Program-made: the position numbers and the translations under genes | Notes under the pieces: generated by a model | What the model was told of the DNA's origin: nothing | What the model saw: only the letters and a program-made list of their open reading frames with translations | The model's database searches: none | Origin: Candidatus Poribacteria bacterium | GTDB lineage: Bacteria > Poribacteria > WGA-4E > WGA-3G | Reading direction: 5' to 3' | NCBI GenBank assembly: GCA_965232545.1 | Contig: OZ246979.1 | Coordinates: forward strand, 4,623,521-4,687,520 | DNA length: 64,000 nucleotides | In this document: positions 59,978-64,000 of the stretch, piece by piece | How the letters are laid out: each line of letters opens with the position of its first letter | Position numbering within the stretch: position 1 is the stretch's first letter

Positions 59978-60970
59978 TTGTGGCTGCCCTCCAGTTTCTT
60001 CCACGCTTTTAGGAGGTGGAGCCTTATCCTTACACGCGAACAAGGTAGAGTCATCCGAGCGCGGACAGGATTTTATGATGTCCAACATGATGATATTATC
60101 CTGCGATGCACGCTCCGTGGCACACTCAAACGGAGAAACCGATCTGAAACCGGACGCAGACTGTATGCCGACCCAGTTGCTGTCGGCGATTGGGTCATCT
60201 TCACGCAACTTGATATGGAAGAGGGTGTGATAGAGGATATTCTGCCTCGCCGGACAAAGTTCTCGCGGCAATACGCCGGAAGGCACGAGGACATTGAGCA
60301 GGTTATCGTCGCGAATGCCCATCAAATCGTAGCCGTTGTCTCTACGCTGATGCCACCCCTTAACTTTCGGACACTCGATAGGTTTCTTATCTTGGCAGAG
60401 GCTGGCGATATGGAAGCGGTGGTATGTCTCAACAAGATGGACTTAGTGGATGAAGCCCAACGAACAGAACTCACAGCGACGTTTGCTGTTTATGAGAAAT
60501 TAGGTTACCAGGTCATCTATACCAGTATCAATGTTCCTGAGAGTCTGGACGCACTCCGAAATGCATTAAAGGATAAATTTAGTGTTATTGTTGGCGCGTC
60601 GGGTGTCGGCAAATCCAGCCTGCTGAACGCACTCCAGCCAAGTTTAGACTTGCGCATTGGTGAAGTTGGTATCAGAACTCAGAAGGGACGACATACAACA
60701 ACACTTGTCGAACGATTTCCCTTAGATATCGGCGGCGAGGTTGCCGACACACCCGGTATACGGGAAGTTGGGTTGTGGGGTGTGGATACGGAAAACCTTG
60801 AGTACTATTTCCCAGAAATGGAACCGTATCTCGGCACCTGTAAATACAACGACTGTGCCCATGTTACGGAGCCCGATTGCACTATTCAGGATGCCGTTGA
60901 AGCGGGGGATATACATGCAGAACGGTATCGGAGTTATGTCGTGCTGCGGACAGAAGGGACAGAGGAGTAG
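59978..60970 (+). CDS. rsgA: Ribosome small-subunit-dependent GTPase A
   Basis: Circularly permuted GTPase (G4 NKMDLV, G1 GASGVGKSSLLNAL, GRHTTT). C-terminal zinc finger CKYNDCAHVTEPDC. The start is uncertain because TTG 59978 lies inside a hairpin. Confidence 0.8.
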   Translation: MWLPSSFFHAFRRWSLILTREQGRVIRARTGFYDVQHDDIILRCTLRGTLKRRNRSETGRRLYADPVAVGDWVIFTQLDMEEGVIEDILPRRTKFSRQYAGRHEDIEQVIVANAHQIVAVVSTLMPPLNFRTLDRFLILAEAGDMEAVVCLNKMDLVDEAQRTELTATFAVYEKLGYQVIYTSINVPESLDALRNALKDKFSVIVGASGVGKSSLLNALQPSLDLRIGEVGIRTQKGRHTTTLVERFPLDIGGEVADTPGIREVGLWGVDTENLEYYFPEMEPYLGTCKYNDCAHVTEPDCTIQDAVEAGDIHAERYRSYVVLRTEGTEE

Positions 60971-61022
60971 CCGTCAACAAAGAAGTCATTAGTAAAGAGG
61001 TGTATTCGTTAAAGATCACGCA

Positions 61023-61258
61023 GCTTGGAACGAAGTGGAGGACGGGTCTACGGAGAGGGACGTTAAATATTTTAACCCTACTGATCGAACCGCAAGGTAA
61101 AATTAAAAAACTGCTGAGATTGGGGTGTTGAAGTTTCTTTTATCTTGGAACCCTGAGACCCAAGCGCGTAGTCCGTAACGAAGTGGAGGACGGGTCTACG
61201 GAGAGGGACGTTAAATATTTTAACCCTACTGATCGAACCGCAAGGCAAAATTAAAAAT
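61023..61258 (+). repeat. Two direct copies (~78 bp each, ~80 bp apart) of the extended upstream module
   Basis: ACGAAGTGGAGGACGGGTCTACGGAGAGGGACGTTAAATATTTTAACCCTACTGATCGAACCGCAAGG(T/C)AAAATTAAAAA occurs at 61023-61100 and 61181-61258. Neither copy is followed by a credible gene; the second overlaps the stop of 61251-61931. Confidence 0.6.
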
Positions 61259-61931
61259 GTTTGCGGGCGTAAGCCAACCGTTCTGGGACACCGATATCGA
61301 TCCAGTCCGCGTCCGTTTGTAACACATAGAGATTACGAACATAAGGAAAAACATCTCGTTCCATAGAGAAGTTTTCTTGGTCATTTGGAAACGCGTCAGC
61401 AATACTTCGATCGAAAAGATACATCCCGCCGTTGATATATCCAGCGCGGCGGATAGACTGTTTCTCGTGAAACGCCTGAATTTTTCCCTCACCGTCCGAT
61501 ACAATCTCGCCATAGGGACGAATGTCCGGCACATGCACACTTAACAGCACACCTGCCATCCCTTGATCAAACCGATCAAACATTCGCCGCAACGAAAAGT
61601 TCGCGAGCAGAATATCACCGTTTAAAACAAAAAAGGGTGATGTATCGATCAGCTGCATCGCATTCTGAATCGCGCCGCCAGTGCCGAGTCTCTTTTCCTC
61701 TTTGGCATAACGAAGACACATCCCAGCGTAAGCGTCTCCTACGCGTTCATAAAGCACATCGTGAAGATGTCCCGAGGCGAGGATGGCTGAGGTGACACCG
61801 ACATCTCTTAGCAATTGGATTTGCCATTCTAAGACTGTCTTCCCAGCGATCTCCAGTAGAATTTTCGGAAGTGTTTTCGCTGTCTCACCGAGTCGCGTGG
61901 CAAGACCACCGCACAGAATAATCGCTTGCAT
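61251..61931 (-). CDS. Sugar-phosphate nucleotidyltransferase (NTP_transferase family)
   Basis: MQAIILCGGLATRLG…LPKILLEIAGK (G-x-G-T-R-L). ATG abuts rc module CTCCGCAAGGTAAAATTAAAAG. Confidence 0.75.
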   Translation of the reverse strand: MQAIILCGGLATRLGETAKTLPKILLEIAGKTVLEWQIQLLRDVGVTSAILASGHLHDVLYERVGDAYAGMCLRYAKEEKRLGTGGAIQNAMQLIDTSPFFVLNGDILLANFSLRRMFDRFDQGMAGVLLSVHVPDIRPYGEIVSDGEGKIQAFHEKQSIRRAGYINGGMYLFDRSIADAFPNDQENFSMERDVFPYVRNLYVLQTDADWIDIGVPERLAYARKHF

Positions 61932-61952
61932 CTTTTAATTTTACCTTGCGGA
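61932..61952 (-). promoter_or_regulatory. Upstream module copy before the nucleotidyltransferase gene
   Basis: rc reads CTCCGCAAGGTAAAATTAAAAG-ATG. Confidence 0.5.
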
Positions 61953-62080
61953 GAAAGGACGTGCGTTAGAACTATCGGATGCGTTCCTTAGATCCGCCTG
62001 CGCCTGCTTCGCAGTGAGAATGCAGGCTACCGGTTTTGATGCTATCTCAAGAGAAGCCCTTTGTTAGCCGCCCCCCTCTT

Positions 62081-62125
62081 AACCGAGAACTGACAACCGA
62101 CTGCCGATGGCTGACCGCTGACTAC
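62081..62125. repeat. 7-bp-repeat element (right-arm type) with CCTCTT core
   Basis: CCTCTT-AACCGAGAACTGACAACCGACTGCCGATGGCTGACCGCTGAC. Confidence 0.45.
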
Positions 62126-63006
62126 TATTCCGCCCTATGCATTGCTTTGCCGCGCGGGTTTTCAAAAGCATCTACCCACATATCACACCACGTTTGGTGT
62201 TCGGACAGGACAGTTTCGGGATTTTTGCGACTCCGGACGATGAAGTCTGGGTGTGCTGTTCGTCCTGTGTGCTGTCCTGTCGTCTGATAACGTAAGTCCA
62301 ACGACCAGCGGCACCGATCGGACGTGTTCGGTTCCGAGCGATGTGGTGTAAAACGGCTCAATAAGATGAGGTCACCGCGGTAGCATTCCAACATGAGCGG
62401 TTCAACATCCGGCATTAACTCCGGTTTGATCATCGTCCCACCCTCTTTCTGATGAGTCAAATACCCCTCTTCCTCGGTAATACCCGGTAATGCCTGAAGG
62501 CACCCCATCTCTACCGTGCTATCGCCCAAAGGAAGCCAACATGTAACGATAGTGGACCCTTCTGCCTCTGGCATCATAACACCAGCATCTTGATGCCATG
62601 GCACACCGCCTGCCCAACTCGCGTTTCCGTCTATAACGGGCGGTTTGGCACGTAGGTGCTGAATCGGATTGCAAGTAATTTCGGGACCAACAATGCCTTC
62701 AATGACATCTAAAAGGTTGTCATTCTTCAGGAATTCGAAAATGGCTTTGCCGCGGTAATGCATAATGTCCAAACCACCTACCATTTCACCGGACCGTGCC
62801 AGTAATTTTCCAAACCGTTTGTCAAAGGGTTCGTCTTCGTAAAGGTTTTCGATTTTGCCTTCCTGCTTTAAGGCAAGGGCGCGTTCCGAAATCCAATCCG
62901 AAATTTCGTCAATCACCGGCTGTAGGTCTTCATCAGTCAAGGCATCTTTGACGATCAATACGCCTTGTGCTTGGTAGGTTTCGCACTGCTCTTTCGTAAG
63001 TCTCAT
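62125..63006 (-). CDS. PhyH family Fe(II)/2OG oxygenase, paralog E
   Basis: PWHQDAG (HxD) and FTPHRSEPN (distal His). Confidence 0.65.
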   Translation of the reverse strand: MRLTKEQCETYQAQGVLIVKDALTDEDLQPVIDEISDWISERALALKQEGKIENLYEDEPFDKRFGKLLARSGEMVGGLDIMHYRGKAIFEFLKNDNLLDVIEGIVGPEITCNPIQHLRAKPPVIDGNASWAGGVPWHQDAGVMMPEAEGSTIVTCWLPLGDSTVEMGCLQALPGITEEEGYLTHQKEGGTMIKPELMPDVEPLMLECYRGDLILLSRFTPHRSEPNTSDRCRWSLDLRYQTTGQHTGRTAHPDFIVRSRKNPETVLSEHQTWCDMWVDAFENPRGKAMHRAE

Positions 63007-63127
63007 AAAGAAATATCTCCTTTTTAAGAGATCCAGTTCTGTGCCTGAAAGTTATAAAGAAAACGTAAGCCCAAACAACGTGCCGGGCTGACTCTACGCC
63101 GAGAAACGTCAAAGCCTCTATTCCACT

Positions 63128-63160
63128 TCATCGAACCGCAAGGAATAATTAAAAATAAAA
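63128..63160 (+). promoter_or_regulatory. Upstream module copy ~55 nt before the SD-led ADH gene
   Basis: ATCGAACCGCAAGGAATAATTAAAAATAAAAAAAG. Confidence 0.4.
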
Positions 63161-63216
63161 AAAGTTTTGCGAATATGATACCATAGTGGGAAAAATTCAA
63201 CAAGGAGCATTGCAGC

Positions 63217-64000
63217 ATGAAAGGCAAACGGATTGTGATGCCAGCGAAACGTTCGGCAACGCTGGAAGATTTTGAACTTGATGAGACACTCTCGCCGAAC
63301 CAAATTCTCTTAAAAACGCACTATAGTTTGATTAGTCCCGGCACCGAGGGGGCAGGATATACAGGACTCGAAAGCGGGACGCGGTTCCCGCACGGCTCTG
63401 GCTATACGTCGATTGGCGAGGTTCTCAAAGTCGGTGAAAACGTAACGAAATGCGCTGTCGGGGATCTCGCTTTCTGCTATGGTCCACACGCTTCTATCGC
63501 CAAGACGGAGGCAGTCCTTTTAGCACTGAAACCGCCTTTAGACATAGACGAGAAACTGGTCCCGTTCGTCCGAATGGCAACCGTCGCGATGACCTCTCTA
63601 CGAGTATCTTCCGCCGAATTTGGGGATACCGTCGCGGTTATCGGTTTGGGGTTGGTCGGCAACTCCGCATCCCAACTCTTCAACTTGGCAGGCATGAAAG
63701 TCATCAGCATCGAGCGGGTGCCGCGTCGGCTTGAAATCGCCCAGCAGTGCGGTATTCAGCATCTGATTAATCCTGACGAAGAAGATGCTCTGGAACGCGT
63801 CATCGCGTTGACAAATGGCGAAAAAACCGCAGTCACTGTTGAAGCGATCGGAAACCCACGACTCGTCGAGACCGCATACCAATTGACAGGGACCAAGGGT
63901 GAGGTCATCTTACTCGGTTCACCGCGAGGTGAATACGTTACGGATGCGACAGCGATTCTGAACTATAGCCACAGTATTGGTTTAGGCGCGATTACGCTTA
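63217..64000 (+). CDS. Zinc-dependent medium-chain alcohol dehydrogenase family (5' part, runs off window end)
   Basis: SD AAGGAG 9 nt upstream. LKTHYSLISPGTE…GYTSIGEV (catalytic Zn region). GLGLVG Rossmann motif. Confidence 0.7.
   Translation, partial: MKGKRIVMPAKRSATLEDFELDETLSPNQILLKTHYSLISPGTEGAGYTGLESGTRFPHGSGYTSIGEVLKVGENVTKCAVGDLAFCYGPHASIAKTEAVLLALKPPLDIDEKLVPFVRMATVAMTSLRVSSAEFGDTVAVIGLGLVGNSASQLFNLAGMKVISIERVPRRLEIAQQCGIQHLINPDEEDALERVIALTNGEKTAVTVEAIGNPRLVETAYQLTGTKGEVILLGSPRGEYVTDATAILNYSHSIGLGAITL

Noticed and set aside
61257-61325. 22-codon ORF MFAGVSQPFWDTDIDPVRVRL directly after the second orphan module copy
   Set aside because: Too short, no SD or conservation evidence, and it overlaps the 3' end of the nucleotidyltransferase gene on the other strand.

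Overview
This 64-kb window comes from a bacterium that carries type IX secretion (T9SS) C-terminal sorting domains, so it probably belongs to the FCB (Fibrobacteres-Chlorobi-Bacteroidetes) group. GC content is roughly 50% (estimated, not computed). About 53 protein-coding genes are called. No rRNA, tRNA or CRISPR array was found.

Housekeeping genes:
- pheA, queG, queF
- pcm, thrB, an aminotransferase, rsgA, a UppS-like isoprenyl transferase
- the signal peptide peptidase SppA and a UPF0182 membrane protein

Accessory content:
- 5 PhyH-family Fe/2OG dioxygenase paralogs
- 2 amidohydrolase-2 paralogs plus a 96-bp remnant of a third copy
- oxidoreductases: GMC-type, a Gfo/Idh/MocA-type NAD(P)-dependent oxidoreductase, and an ACC-deaminase-family enzyme
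- 3 T9SS-sorted secreted proteins and a PorQ-like outer-membrane protein
- a mazEF-like toxin-antitoxin pair
- a standalone IS200/IS605-family TnpB element
- a transposase fragment at the window edge
- a Gp37/Gp68 (DUF5131) gene

The non-coding DNA carries three lineage-specific repeat systems:
- A conserved upstream module (…CTGACCGAACCGCAAGG-WAWAATTAAAAA) directly abuts the start codon of at least 12 genes. It looks like a promoter for leaderless mRNAs.
- Palindromic intergenic elements built from 7-bp periodic units (xxxTCAG)n…(CTGAxxx)n occur at about 16 sites. One copy is inserted in frame into a coding sequence.
- A REP-like family of short hairpins (GTAGGAG-GGGTTTCTAACCCC) follows several genes.

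The most unusual single locus is a small DUF5069-like ORF at 8740-8985. It is interrupted by an in-frame TGA at a position where I expect a Cys codon, and a stem-loop follows 14 nt downstream. That makes it a candidate selenoprotein. The family assignment is from memory.

A full-length P-type ATPase homolog at 52919-55798 has every catalytic motif substituted. It looks like a pseudoenzyme.
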